Assembly: GCF_038025025.1 (NCBI RefSeq)
Contig: NW_027117342.1
Coordinates: 310,001 to 374,000, forward strand
Direction of reading: 5' to 3'
DNA length: 64,000 nucleotides
Source of the DNA: Phyllosticta citribraziliensis
Lineage: Eukaryota
The translations under genes were made by a program, and so were the position numbers. Of the stretch, positions 22,801 to 36,861 are shown piece by piece. Every line of letters begins with the position of its first letter. Within the stretch, counting starts at the first letter, position 1. The notes below the pieces were generated by a model. It saw only the letters and a list, made by a program, of their open reading frames with translations. It was not told the DNA's origin and made no database searches.

Positions 22801-25800
22801 TCAGGTGAGCGAGCCTGTAGGACGACGACCCCACGTGTTGTTCGAGTGGTGGTTGCTTGCCTTGCGGTAGCTGTTGCTGCTGGGACCCCAGCCGCCGCGG
22901 CTCGGATTGTGGCCGTGTTCACCTCCATGCTCTGCTCCCTGTCCGCGCCCGTGGCCTGGGCCAGTGTTGGATCCCTTGCGACGATAAAACTCATTGTTCT
23001 CGCGTCGCGCTCCGTTGCCACGCCCACGGCTGCGATTGTAGTTGTTGTATGGCTTGCGGCCCTGCTTGCCGTGACCATCCACCGTGACTTGCTTCGTCTC
23101 TTTCTGACCGGGCAGGCGGACGTTGATGACGGGCTTGTCTCCCTTCCGCTCGGCTTCAAACAGGCTGCTGTAGTTGGGATCGCCAGTGCAGACGTCCGAG
23201 TGGCTGAGAGTCGGGCTGCTGCGCTCTGGACTTGAAGCAGGGTGAAGGCCGGCATTCATGTGGGGCTCCTTCGGGAGCTGGACGGTCGGGGTTGAAAATG
23301 CTTCGGGAACGCTCATGATTTCCTCAAAGGCCTCCTTGGTGACTGGCGTCGTCGGTTGCGAAGCCACGATCTTGTTGGTATGGGCAGGCTGGTTGGGGAG
23401 AGAAACGGTGGCACCAGAAGGCTGGCTGATGTGGTCAAAGGGAGCCTTGCTCGCCGATGACACGGCAAGCGAAGTCGGCACGGGCTTGGGCGGCGACGAA
23501 CCAGTTGAAGGACGGTCCAAAAGGCTGTTAATCCGCTCCTGCCAACCAGGCTGCGTGACAATGGGTTGAGATCCGAAGCGGAAGCCCTGGGGCCTGGAGC
23601 CCGGCATCTGAGCTGGCATCTGAACCGCCGGCTGGTTCGCGGCGGGCGGCAGCTTGACCTTGATCTTCTGCGGCAACTTGACGGTTGGGCGGTGGATGTT
23701 GCCACCATAGACGGGGTGGTCACACGTCTCGGGGGGCGGCGGCGCATCAAAGTCGATGCGCATGCGCTTGTTGTTGTTGACGGCGAGCCTGTTGCCCGGC
23801 ATTTCTGGAGTATTGCCATCGCGAGGGACATGCGCAATGCCGCCAAGCTGGATGTCTTGTTGATCAAAGGCGCGCGGGAAGAAACGCGACGGCCGGCCGG
23901 TCTGATTGTTTGACGCATTGTTGGGCGATGAGTGCGCCTTCTCTGAGCCGATGGGTCGCAAAGCGGGCGTCTCGTCCACGGCGGGCTTCATATGAGGCTC
24001 GCTAAAGGCGACAGATGCGGCGGTCTGAGGCTTTGGGGTGTCGATGGCGGTGTTGGGCTCAGCAATGACGGCACCCGATTCGTCTCTCAATGGCGCAGGA
24101 TCGTGCTCGCGCATTGTGGTCGTCTTGGAGATTGGGCGACGCACGCGGTTCAAGCTGGGCTCCACCTTGATGAAGACTTCCTTGTACGGGGCCAATGGCT
24201 GGCCGCGAGCTGCGATGCGAGCTTGCATGTTGGCATGGGATTGTTCGCGGTCGCCAGCCTGGACGGCGGCAACGAAGTCGGCACCACTGAACAGACGAGG
24301 CTTGGGAGGCTGGCCCGACGGCGCAGTCGGCGCAGTAGGAGGCGGCATGGCTGAGGTTTGGGTGAGAGGCGGTTGTTGCAAGCGATCGTCCGAGGGCATG
24401 CCAAAGGGTGCAGGTGGTGGAGGTGGTAAAGGATGGTGTTGGTCGGCTGCAAGATCATTGCTATGTGCGAACGAGGTGCCGCCCGCGCCCGCGCCCACAA
24501 CCTTGGACGACGACGAAGAGGAAGGAGCGGGCGGAGCAATGGGCCCGGGCGCCGACGGCGAGCCATCTGGCTGAGATTGCTGCGTGTGGCCAAACGTGCC
24601 ATTGCCAATGCCTCTTTCCCGGTTCGGAGGGCCCCAGACGTTCATACCGCCCTGTCTGCTCATGCTCGCGCCCCACGCCTGCGATGCCCTCCACCCAGGC
24701 GCCTCGCGCTCAAGCGGCGCCAGCGAGAGCGGTGCCTTTTGCGACAGGAACCGGTCGTCTTTGATTTCCGACGCGGGCAGCTTGACCGGCGAGCTCTGTC
24801 TGAGCTCTGGTGACCGTCCGTCACGCCTGGCATCTGACGGTCTGAGGTGAGGTGCTTGCTCGCTGATGCTGGCCGTAGACCTCTTGATCGAGTGCGGCTG
24901 GTGCACCTTCATCATTCCGTACTGGGCCACCTCGCCTTCGCTCGTTGGAATCGGCGGCTTTGGCGGCGGCGAGTGCAAGGCCGCCGGCTTCTGCGCCGGG
25001 CTCAGCTCACTTGCCGTCGCCGTTGGGCTCTTGGACTTTTCGTCCTTTGACGGCGGAGGTCCAAGAGCTTCGAGCTTGCGGCGAAGACGCTCCTTGCGCG
25101 CTGCTTCCTCCCGTGCCTCTTCCTCTTGGCGCTTCTGCTTTTCTGCCTTGGCCCGCTCAATCTTTTCGCGCATCATCTGCTCTTGGATCTTGACGGCATC
25201 GTATGCAGACGAGGCCCCGTTGACTGCCTCTGTCGTGGCGGGCGATGCAGTAGCACTGTGAGGCGACGCCAGCTGTGCCTGACCCGCAACAGGTGATGAG
25301 CGCTGCGTCCACGACTCTTGATTGGACGTTGCAGGCGAGAGCCCGCGGTCTCCAAACGACGCACGTGGGGGATGTCCAGCTTTGCCAGGGACCGGTGGGG
25401 GAGGCATGTCCGTCGTCGAATGAGAGCCGCGCCTATCACGAACAGGCTCGGGCACCCTGCTAAACGAAGGCCGCCGTCCACCGCTGACATTTGAAGACGT
25501 CCTGCGACGGGACCACGGCTCCTCGACACTTGAGCGCGACGTCTGGAATGCCGCCGATGGCTCAGCAGGTCCGCCATGCGAAGGGCGCTGCAGGACTGAT
25601 GGTTGTCGGAAGCTGGAATCGGTTCGAGATCCCCGCCTCAAGTCCCTGACCGGCTCGTACTTGCCAGACTGCGAGTTGAATAGCTCGCGAGGCCCGCGGT
25701 CATCCCTCATTGATCTGTTAAAGTCGTCCGCAGCAATTTCCTTGGTTGCCACAGGTACCGGGGGGAGCGCGTCGAATCCATGCGGATCTCTCTGGCCAAA

Positions 25801-27178
25801 ACGAGCTTGAACTGGGGCTTGCGGCAGAGGATTGATGATGACGGGAGATACTCTGTCAATGGGCGGAAGTGGTGCCCAGGGCGATTTCGCCGGGGCGGCG
25901 GGCGACTTGGCCACGAGCGTTGGTTTTTCTTGTTGTCCCCTGAGTCCCGAAGAGCCTTGTCTCGATTGCGAGGCAGAGAGATGAGCTCCCGGTTTTAAAA
26001 TGGTCTTGTTCCCTAGCGATGTAGGTCCTGTTGACGCTGGTCTCGACGATGGCTGCTCCACTGGCTTGACATCTTCCAAAGGCTTCTCCTCCTTCTTTTC
26101 CTCTGGCTTCTTTGGTTCGTCTCCCGGAGCAGCATTATCTGCGGGCTTGACGGTCGATTTGGTTCCGTCCATCCATTCCACGGTCTCGGGGGCCCAGTCT
26201 TCCTCGTCGTCCTCAATGTCGGCCCACTTGGATTCCTTGGCATCTTCGTCCGCCTGTAGCCTCGTGGCCATGTGTATACCGAATTGCTGTTTGAGTTCCT
26301 CATCTGTAAACTGCTTAGGCTGGGGAGGAGGCGTTGCTGTCGCAAGGTTAGTCGAATCCATAATCTAGCAAGGAACTCGAGTTTATTACGTCTATTCTTG
26401 TTCCATACTGTAGCCGGGTCCGGTCCAGCGCCAGATCCATTAAGCTTTCCCAGCCCCGAGCGAGTCAATGAGCTTCCAACTCCACTGCCCGATTTCGCCA
26501 CCAAGCGAGGTTTTGCGGTAGGCTGAGCCGGACTAATGGACGGGCTCGTCGAGACTGCGGCGCAAGTCAGCCATCTGATTTCCAGCAAACCGTATCACGA
26601 AATTACCTTTTTCTCCAACCTTGGTCGGCGCGGATACGGCAGTCTTGGCCAAAAAGTTTTTGGTCACCGAGACGGACTTGAACGAAGTGGGCTTCTTCGG
26701 TTTTGTACCGTCCTTTCCAGCGCGGCTTGTGTCTGTGTCTGAACCTCCGCTGGTATCCGCCGCCAGATGCTGCGCGGCCGGGTCTTCTGCAGAGAGGCCG
26801 GATCCGTTCAGCATGGCTTCTTTGGACTTGTCGACCGGCTCGTCTCTGGCCTTGGGCTGCTCGGATCCTTCGGTGGCGAGCTGGGGTCGAGTTAGTGCAG
26901 GTCGCGTGCGTTTGGCACAAACAACGTACAGCAGCAGGCTTGGGCTCGTCTTTCGAGGTCGTCTCAGGAGCGCCGGGCTTGTCTCGGGGCGCGTCATCTG
27001 TGGAAAAAGTCGAGTTTGAGGGGGCAGAGGAATCTTGCGAGGGGTTGTTGGTCGTGGTGGTATCCGGAGCCGCGCCGGCGGACGATTCGTTGGTAGCTGT
27101 CGCATTAACGCCGATGGGCGAGGAATCACCCATCGACTGTGCTGCATTTACCACATCGTGGGTGATCTGCTCTGCCAT
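22801..27178 (-). CDS. Large low-complexity hypothetical protein (Pro/Ser/Arg-rich, charged coiled coil, RG-rich tail)
   Basis: Exons 27178-26930, 26880-26607, 26554-26390, 26336-22801, all canonical GT-AG and in frame. Motifs VWNKNR, FTDEELKQQFGIHMATRL, KWADIEDDEEDW. Confidence 0.85.
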
Positions 27179-28073
27179 AACAAGTTGCGAAACTGTGTAG
27201 GCAGTAGAGTTGGAGTCAGAGCTGGTGTTGTCTTTGTCTGCTTGGCGTGATGATGCAAAGGTGGTCGCCGTGGCGTCCGCGGTCGAGGGACCGGGGCCGC
27301 GTGCGCCTGAACAAGAAGAAGCCGTCATATATACCTGCTATCAAGTCTTGGTAGTCGCCACGGGTACACGGTAGGAGCTTCCGCAGAAGCCTTGTCGGTT
27401 CGCAGGGTGGAGCTCTGGGCGGGCTGGAGCTTTGGGCGTTGTTGTCAGTCAACGACGCAGCTGAGGAGCGCTCGTGAGGTGCGCGAGGTGAAGAATTCGC
27501 GGACGGAGCCTGGAGGGGGAGAAGCTCGGGGCGTGGGGCGTCGAGGGGCGTGGGAGATGCGCCGAGGGTACGAGGACGTGGAATGGTGTTGAAGGGGTCG
27601 CAACTGGAGAGCGTAGCCTCTTCGGCCGTCTTGGCACCAGCAAGTGATCACGGAGCCTGTGTCATCCATCCGCAGCCTTACGGCGGTCACGGCAGCCAAG
27701 CAAAAAACTCGGGGGATCTGAGCTCCACGCCGCCAATTCCAGTCACCCTCGCAGTTGCTATCATTTGTTGTTGCTGTCGAGCGGTGGTTGTCGTCAAGCG
27801 CTTGATCGGGCTCCCACCGCATCTTCAGTCTCCGCAGGCGGCACATTGCTACCGTCCACTTCAGCGCGTCGACAAGGTCACTTCCCTGCAGTCTTCACAT
27901 GGCCCGATCAACAAACAATAAACTGCATCCCGCCCGCCTTCGATTCACGTCTGCTTTGGACACTTCACTTTCTTCACCGCATAGAGTCGCGTCGTTGAGG
28001 AGTATTTACATTCCCGCTCTATTCGCCCCTCCTCTTGCGGCGCCTTGGAATAAAACCCTCAAGCCTGCCGCAT

Positions 28074-28699
28074 CTAGTGGGCGTTGTTCTTGTGGTGGCC
28101 TGCGTCGACGTGTTAGATCAAGTCTCAAAGCCCACCGCTCGCGCCGAGGTGCATGCACTTACGCAGGTGGAAGTAGTAGTTCTGCGCGTAGCCAAGGAGA
28201 AGGAGACCGCCGATGAGGTGGATGAGCGCTGTCAAATGTCAACTCTTGCCCGCGTCCTTCTTTTGCAACTGGACCCTTACGCTTGGCCGTGGGGTTCTTT
28301 CCAAAGTGCTTGGCCTGGTACCTCTCAATGAGGCCTTTGGGCTGCGGTGCCGGAGCGGGGCCACGGGGCAGCTTCTCGTAGAAGCTCACGACGCGCGACA
28401 TGCGGGCAGCATCCTGAGCGCCTCCGATGGCCTTTTGATCGTTAGCCACTGCCCATTCCCGTCTTTTCGTGGTCCGTCTCCGCATGATGGCTTTGCAATT
28501 CTCCAGTTTCCCGGCTTCCGAGTTCGGACGTGCTACGACGGCAGATTTGAAGCTTCATTCCGACACGAAATGTGGTACTCACATTGGGGGAGGCAATCTG
28601 CGGTCGAGGTCAGCTTCGAAGCTCTGAATCCAGGGCATCCGGGACTCGTACCTTGGGAGGGATGAGGGTCGAGAGACCGCGCTTGGTAATGTAGCTCAT
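28074..28699 (-). CDS. ATP17: Mitochondrial ATP synthase subunit f
   Basis: Exons 28699-28652, 28597-28583 (15-nt microexon IASPN), 28431-28281, 28228-28163, 28099-28074. Protein MSYITKRGLSTLIPPKIASPNAIGGAQDAARMSRVVSFYEKLPRG..YYFHLRHHKNNAH. Confidence 0.95.
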
Positions 28700-28978
28700 C
28701 TCGGCGGGTCTGCGGCCGGTCAGCCATCATCCGGGCATTGCTGCAGCAGCAATCGCGAGTCCAGGGAACGTACAATGACTGAGAGGGGAGATGGTTGGGG
28801 TCCTGGAGGGCTATAGTCACGGCAAAAGAGGGCACCGGCGAGGTTGAACGAAGACCAGACGGCGCTAACGGCGCCAAGACGCCCTGTCGGCCCTAGTGCC
28901 CCGACGACATCACCACCACTCCACGCTCTCTCCGCAGTCGACATCTCTCCGCAATCCAATTGCACCCCTCACGCCACC

Positions 28979-29839
28979 ATGCAGCGCACATTGAATGCCC
29001 GGCTGCTTGCTGCAGCTTCTCGCCCTGTCGCCAGACAATCTTGTCTGCCTGCCCGCCGCTTCTACGCCGACAAGGCCGCCTCGACGGAACCCACTCCCAC
29101 CAGCAGCCCATCCGACCATCCATCCGGCCACGGCGATCAGACGCTCAAGGGCATGCGCGTCCGCGACGAAGGCCCCGGCATCCCCAGCACCCCAGACTAC
29201 CACGTCGCGACCGACTACCGCACCTCGTGAGCAGAGCCACCGCCAATGGGGGAGAAGTTGGCGCACATCGAGGACGTTCAATGTTGATGGATGGTCCAGG
29301 AACTTTTCCCCGATCCCCAAGCGCGTCGTCGACGGCAGCGAGCCGGGCGACGTGGTGCCCGCCGCCGTGCTGTCGGGCGCCCCTACAGACCTCCAGGCCC
29401 GGACCGTCCGGTACGCAAGCTTGCCGTTCCGTTCTCTCCTGCACCTCACGCACCTCACGTCCCCTCCCCTCCCTTCCCACCCGCATGTAGACGACGTGTG
29501 CAAGGCAAGTAGGCTAACCCGGCATCAAGAATCTACCGCCCGGCCAAGTCAGCCATGCAGTCCGGCGACTGGCACGCGCACCACTGGCTGATGGACTGGG
29601 ACCCGCTGCCCAAGGGCCACCGGTGGGAGAACCCGCTCATGGGCTGGCAGTCGAGCGCCGACTTCATGCAGGGCGAGCGCATCCAGTTCAAGACCAAAGA
29701 AGACGCCGTCGCCTTCGCCGAGAAGCAGGGCTACGAGTACTTCGTCCAGGAGCCCAACGAGCGCCGCTTTGTCCCCAAGGCCTACGCCAACAACTTCGTC
29801 CACAGCCCAAAGAAGCTGAAGGTTATTCGCACAAAGTGA
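28979..29839 (+). CDS. NDUFS4: Complex I accessory subunit NDUFS4 (21-kDa/NUYM type)
   Basis: Exons 28979-29226, 29300-29410, 29530-29839. Presequence, then RIYRPAKSAMQSG..RWENPLMGWQSSAD..F.TKEDAVAFAEKQGY..PKAYANNF. Confidence 0.95.
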
Positions 29840-30401
29840 TGGGTGACGCTGAAAAGAGCTGAGCTGAGCTGAGCTGACGACCCCGATTGCTTTTTTGACT
29901 GTCGTTGTGGAGAGGGTGAAGAGCGTGATTGCATTTCCTTTTTTTCTCTTTTGACTATTGAAGATCGACTATTGAAGATTGGTCTCCAACCAACCCCAAA
30001 ACCTTGTGATTTCCTTGAGACCCAAAGAGCGGGATCGAATCTGTTTCGTTCAAACCATTGAAAGCTTCATGTTCGAGTGTACGTGTACATCAACCCAAGC
30101 TTAGACTTAGAAAGCAAAGTTCCCGCTTCTCATTTCCACCAACTTCTCCATCGTCATCACTTTTAAACTGCCATGAGTCTGATGTAGACATAGCCGCGAG
30201 GTTCAAATCGTCAATCGAGCACTGGGACAGACAATGAAGTCGGAAAGGGCCTCATGATGCTTTATTCTCTCTATAAGCGTCGATGTCTGCGTCTGCAAAG
30301 CTTGCTAGGTGGAATGCACGACTTCTGTGTCCTCGCGTACAATCCGATCCACGCACGTCAATGCTTCTCACAATCCCTCCGCACATCTGTCAGTCGCCGC
30401 C

Positions 30402-31922
30402 TTACCTGACAGTGGCGCCCTTCAAGCTCTTGACCGAGCAGACGCCATCCTTCGTCTTCAGCAGACCAACGCCGCTCTTCTTCGCCTCGCCCTCGCCCGC
30501 CAGCTGCGGCACATCGCCGACCTCGAACCCAACAGCCAAGTCCTCAGTCGTCGTAAAGCCCGGCTGCAGCGTCTCCCAGACCTTCTTCTTGGGGTTGAGG
30601 ACGGGCTCGGGGTCGCCCAGCCAGCCGTCGAAGAAGACGCGCTCGCCGGCGGCCGACGCGGGCGGCGGGTTGACGAGCTCGACGGGGCCCTTGTGGCCGT
30701 CGCCCTCCTCGCGCGGCGACGCCGCCAGCACCATGGCGCACGACTTGATGCCGCGCATGGTGACGGGCTTGAGGTTGCAGACGGCGACGATCTTGCGGCC
30801 CTGCATTTCCTCGAGCGGCACCAGCCCGTTGAGCCCCGAGCACACGGTGCGCACGACCTGGCCGTCGTGCTCGTGCGTGTTGTCCGTGCCGGGCGCGTCG
30901 CCGACGGCGATGGTCGACACGTACAGCGAGTCGGCGTTGGGGTGGCGCTCTGCCTTCAGGATGTGGCCGACGCGCAGGTCGATCAGGGCCGGCGAGAGCG
31001 GCTTTTCGGCTGGTTTGGCTGGTTGCTGCTTCGGCTGCTTGGGCTTCTTCTCCTTCTTTTGCTCCTTGGTCGCGCCGCCAGCCGCCGCCTCGGCAGTGTT
31101 GTTGTTGTCAGCCTTCTTCTCCTTCTTGCTCTTTTTGCCCGCCGCGTCCTCTCCAGCAACAGCAACACCAGCAGCCGGAGCGCCAGTCTGGCCCTTGGCC
31201 GCGGCCGCGGCAGCCTCCTTCTCCTTCTTCTTGCGCTCCTTCTCGGCCTTGGCGTCAATGGGCTTGATGGCAAACTTGACGTCGTCAGCATCGACGGGCA
31301 CCTTGTCGGCCGCGTCGACCTTGAGCCCAAAGACGGGCGCGTTCTGCACAAAGTCGACGAAGCGCACAATGTGGTGGTAGCCCTGCTCGCCGGTGCGCTC
31401 CTCGCTGCTCCACTTGGCCACGACCGGCGCCAGCTTGACGTACAGCGCCACGTCGGCGACCGACGGCTTCGCTCCCAGCACCGTCGTCCGCGACGACAGA
31501 TGCGTGTTCAGTGCCGACAGCCGCTCTGCTTGCTTGGCCGCGTCTTCGCCGCCGTTGCCAATGTGGGACGCTGTGATCTGCCATTGGACGATTTCGGCCT
31601 TCTCCGCCTCCGTGTAGATTGTATTTTTGAAAATGGCCGTCGAGAGCTTGACGGCGTCGGCGTCGGCGGCAGCGCCAGAGTCGGGGTACGAGCGCTGGAG
31701 CAGCGAGATGACGGCATCGTCAAAGGTCGTAGCGGTGGCCATGGTGCGGGTTGAGAGGGACGGGAGCACGAGACGTAGAGGTGTAGAGACGGGTCTGGAT
31801 CCGCGAGGTCGAATTGATGCTCGTGTGGGTAGGTGGAGATTCAATGCGGTGTTGCGAGCGTGCTTGAGTGGTGCTATGCTGAGGTTGCGGAGGCGGGGCA
31901 GCAAATTCTTGGTGGGCTGCAT
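30402..31922 (-). CDS. ARC1: tRNA-aminoacylation cofactor Arc1 (GST-like N-domain, Lys-rich linker, EMAPII-like tRNA-binding domain); core ATG 31742, upstream in-frame ATG 31922
   Basis: IDLRVGHILKAERHPNADSLYVS, VCSGL, VCNLKPVTMRGIKSCAMVL, LNPKKKVWE. Confidence 0.93.
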   Translation of the reverse strand: MQPTKNLLPRLRNLSIAPLKHARNTALNLHLPTRASIRPRGSRPVSTPLRLVLPSLSTRTMATATTFDDAVISLLQRSYPDSGAAADADAVKLSTAIFKNTIYTEAEKAEIVQWQITASHIGNGGEDAAKQAERLSALNTHLSSRTTVLGAKPSVADVALYVKLAPVVAKWSSEERTGEQGYHHIVRFVDFVQNAPVFGLKVDAADKVPVDADDVKFAIKPIDAKAEKERKKKEKEAAAAAAKGQTGAPAAGVAVAGEDAAGKKSKKEKKADNNNTAEAAAGGATKEQKKEKKPKQPKQQPAKPAEKPLSPALIDLRVGHILKAERHPNADSLYVSTIAVGDAPGTDNTHEHDGQVVRTVCSGLNGLVPLEEMQGRKIVAVCNLKPVTMRGIKSCAMVLAASPREEGDGHKGPVELVNPPPASAAGERVFFDGWLGDPEPVLNPKKKVWETLQPGFTTTEDLAVGFEVGDVPQLAGEGEAKKSGVGLLKTKDGVCSVKSLKGATVR

Positions 31923-32232
31923 CGTGGAGGTGAGTCAAAGCGAGCGAAGCAGGTCCGAAGCATCCAAGCGTACATCACCGCGACGTCCACGTAAAACACT
32001 CCATCATTGCATGCAGCGTCCATGGACGCGATTCTATTTGGTATTTTGTCTACTTGATTCCGTTTACATTGCGCAAACCCTTTTGCAGCATCTTAATTCC
32101 CCTAACGCTCGTATGCCAAATAAAAGCTTACGCTTCGAGGTATAATGGCGCGTGGAGCTTTGTCAAATAATGGTTGAACAAAAGAAAATTCATAACATCC
32201 CACGTAGAGCAAGGTCAACTCGGCCCGCAACT

Positions 32233-33550
<1,318 letters not shown>

Positions 33551-34419
33551 GATGGAGGTGGTGTGAATGGGGATGGAGGAGAGAGCGACGTGGAAGGAGA
33601 GCAAAGCAATTGATGCAGTGGTGGATGATGGGGGCAGCTGGGGGAATATATTTGGAGGGACAGCGGTGGTGCATGTGGTGGAGGCAAGGTCATGGAAATG
33701 AGGGGAGGGCGGCGCACAGAGCAGGGCTGGCCCTAGGACGACGGTAGGTGAGGATCACAATGGAGACGAGATGGAGGCCACGAACGGGCACGTTTCACGC
33801 AACGACACTCGTCGCCAGTGGCGCAGGTACCGCTCAACGCCCTGGAGAGCCAGTCCCAGAATTCGACTCTTGGACGCTGCGCTGCTGACGACAGCGAATT
33901 GACGGTTGACGCCAACCCGGACCACTTGACGGAGCGAGGGGCACTCCTGGCGCTACAGGTAGCAAGGCATCAAGGCTACAAGGCTACAAGGCTACAAGGC
34001 AGCAAGGCATCAATACCCGCTGCACGCTCCACCTGCACCCTCACGCGTCGACGCGACCTGGACGGGACTCGACTCGACCTCATCAACACCACGGAACAAA
34101 TACATCCGCATCCCCGCCGCATCACGCTTCCCGTACCCTCCGCTTCCGCAACCGGTTGTTCGATGCTCGCGTCTTCTCTGTCCATGTCCGGACCATGCTG
34201 CTTCCATTGACCTGCTCCTTTGTTCGCTGGAAATGTCAACGAAGCTGCTACTCGCGCTGTCCATTGTTCACCCTCCCAATTCCTTGACCGATCCTTTCAC
34301 CTCAACACATGGCCGCTGCTGTGCACTTGTTCGCCGCTCTGAGTACGTCTTCACTTTGCTTGATTTCCCTTTTCGGCCATTCTTCGCACCATTCGCCCGC
34401 CTTTTCACTTTGCTGCTTT

Positions 34420-34725
34420 CACAACCCTTTTTCGTCTCTTCACTTTTTTTTTTTTCTTTTCTTTCATTGTGAAGGCTGCTTGGCCTCATATCTTCTCTCT
34501 CTTCTCAATCCTCTTCCTCTCCAGATCCCTCTTCCTTCTTCCTCTCCAGACCTCTCCCTCTCGCTCTCCTCTCCAAACCTCATCCTCTCCCGACCTCATC
34601 TTCGCCAATCTCCCACTCCTGCCCCAATCCTTGTCTTCCTCTCCAGTCTCCCATCCATCTCCTCTCGCAAACCTCACCCTCACCTCCAATCTCTCACCGC
34701 CCGCCTCTACTCTCTCAACGCCTCA
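34420..34725 (+). promoter_or_regulatory. Long pyrimidine (CT)-rich tract upstream of the SUN-domain gene
   Basis: About 300 nt dominated by C/T, ending at the ATG at 34728; typical of filamentous-fungal promoter/5' UTR regions. Confidence 0.5.
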
Positions 34726-34727
34726 CC

Positions 34728-36861
34728 ATGTCTGGTCTGTGCTTTCTTCCCTCTCCGCATTACACCACCACTGACATGAGTGGGAATTCCAGACACTCCC
34801 GGACCCCACAACAGACGTGGCCGTCGGACCACGCCAGTCCCCGTCACTGGCCCCTCCAGGTCCACGCGCTCGACGGGACAGACTCCTGTTCCTGGCATGG
34901 ACGTTGACCCCATGTCGCGAAGGCGCTCCAGGTCCAACTCACTTGTTCCCAATGCTGGAAACCTTGGCCACTTGACCAACCAGCCTACCAACCTCTCGAC
35001 CGCGTACGGTGGCTCTCATGCCGTTTCTGCCGGTCTCCCAGTCATCAACCAGACCCCCACTGCCGGCACCACAAGCTTTGAATATAGCTTTCAGCCCGGC
35101 GAAGCAGCTACTGCCGGAAGAGGTAGAGGTATGGGCAGAAGCACGCCCGCCCCCAGCGGCCGTGGTCGCGGCAGCAGCCATCTAAGCCCCATCGACGAGG
35201 CTTCGCACCAAAGCAGCGTCGTCTACTCGCCAGCCCACGGCTCTGGTCGAGGTCGCCACTCTTCTTCCCGAGGCGCCCCTTCTGTCAGCGGCCGTGACGT
35301 CCCAATCCCCTCAATCGAGGATCGAGACGCTGCAACTTTCCGGGACGAGACGGCTGGCCAAATCACGACAAACCAGTCGAATCGCCCAAGAGATGTGTCC
35401 CCTGCCGAATCGGTCCACTCGAACGCAACTCGCTCAGTCTGGGGTAGATTGAAGAGATGGAGTCCGCATGTGGTCAACGCCAGCGCCGTCTTTGTTGCAA
35501 TTGCCCTTTACGCGTTCATCCTCGCCATCATCGTCGACATGATGTTCTTCGCGCGCATGCTGCCCCATACCTATTGCCGCCACCGCATTGGTCAAATCGG
35601 CGTCTTGTTCGATGATTCGGATCTTGGACAGCATCTCCTCACCAACCAGCAAGACCTGCTCAAGAAATACAACGACCAACATGTGCATATCCAGTGGTTC
35701 AACGGCAACATTAATCATATCAACACCGCCCACCAACAATTCAGGACCGATATTGAAAAGCAAATCAATTCGCTCAAACTGGAAATGCCAGAAACGTTGG
35801 TCCTCCCCGGTCTTGATGGATACGGACAAGCTATGGTCCCAGAATCATTCTGGACTGCGGCGCGCGCATTCCTCACTGTTGCAGGTGGAGATTCTCCCGA
35901 TGGCTTGGAGTTCTGGCAACACTTCAAGGCTACGAATGCGGCTCGCCTTGAGGCGTTTCTCTCAACCGACGATGACTCGCTTCTCAAAAAGGCCGTCCAA
36001 AACGACATTTTGGTTGACAAGGAAACCGTCATCGACCTCATCAAAAATCGAATCAGTCAACTCGAACTTACCCTGCCACACATTGCCGGCTCGAATCTGA
36101 CCTACGCCATTGATCAGATCGTCGTTGCGAACTTGAGGGAGACTCTTACGACCGTCAATTTCTTCTCTCGTGGTATGGGTGCGGTGATTATTCCTGAGTT
36201 GACCTCGCCAACCCTCGGGTCGGCAAAACGGTACTTCGACGCCAGACTTCAGGGACTGAAATCCCTATGGATTCCCAGCGAACAGGAAAGAGAACGGGTT
36301 GGCGTCAACACTCCAGGCCAAGCTCTTCAGAGCTGGCAAGAGGAGAGCGACTGCTGGTGTGCCGCCAAATCTGGCACTGGAAAAGGCCAGGCCCAGCTTG
36401 CCGTCAGGATGCTGCACCGAGTCTACCCAACCAAGATGGTCGTTGAACACATTCCCCGAGGCGCGACCCTCGATATCACCACGGCGCCGCAGCGCATCGA
36501 GCTTTGGTTTAGCGTCGAGAACAAGAGCGAGCGCAACAAATTGGAAAAGGCGGTCAATGCCATGGTCAAGGCTCGCCGTACCTCATTTGACACGGACAAG
36601 CCGAGTGGCGCTTGGGACAGACCCGACTCGACCTACGTGTTTGTCGGCTCCTTCGACTACGACATCACCGCGCCCAACCACGTCCAGGTGCTCGAGCCGC
36701 TCGTCTCGCTCGCCAACCTCAAAATCCCCGTCGAAGACGCCATCGTTCGCGTCGCCAGCAACCACGGCCAACGCTTCACCTGCCTCTACCGCGTGCGCAT
36801 GCTGGGCGAGCTCGTCGACCGCGTCAACGTGGACCCCGAAAAGAGGTTCCAACCAAAGTAG
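34728..36861 (+). CDS. SAD1: SUN-domain inner nuclear membrane protein (Sad1/UNC-84 family)
   Basis: 7-nt first exon ATGTCTG 34728-34734, intron 34735-34792 (GTCTGT..ACTGAC..CAG). Disordered N-terminus, one TM (AVFVAIALYAFILAIIV), SUN motifs VNFFS.GMGAVI.P..TSPT, DCWC, VEHIP, SNHG..FTCLYRVRM.G. Confidence 0.88.
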
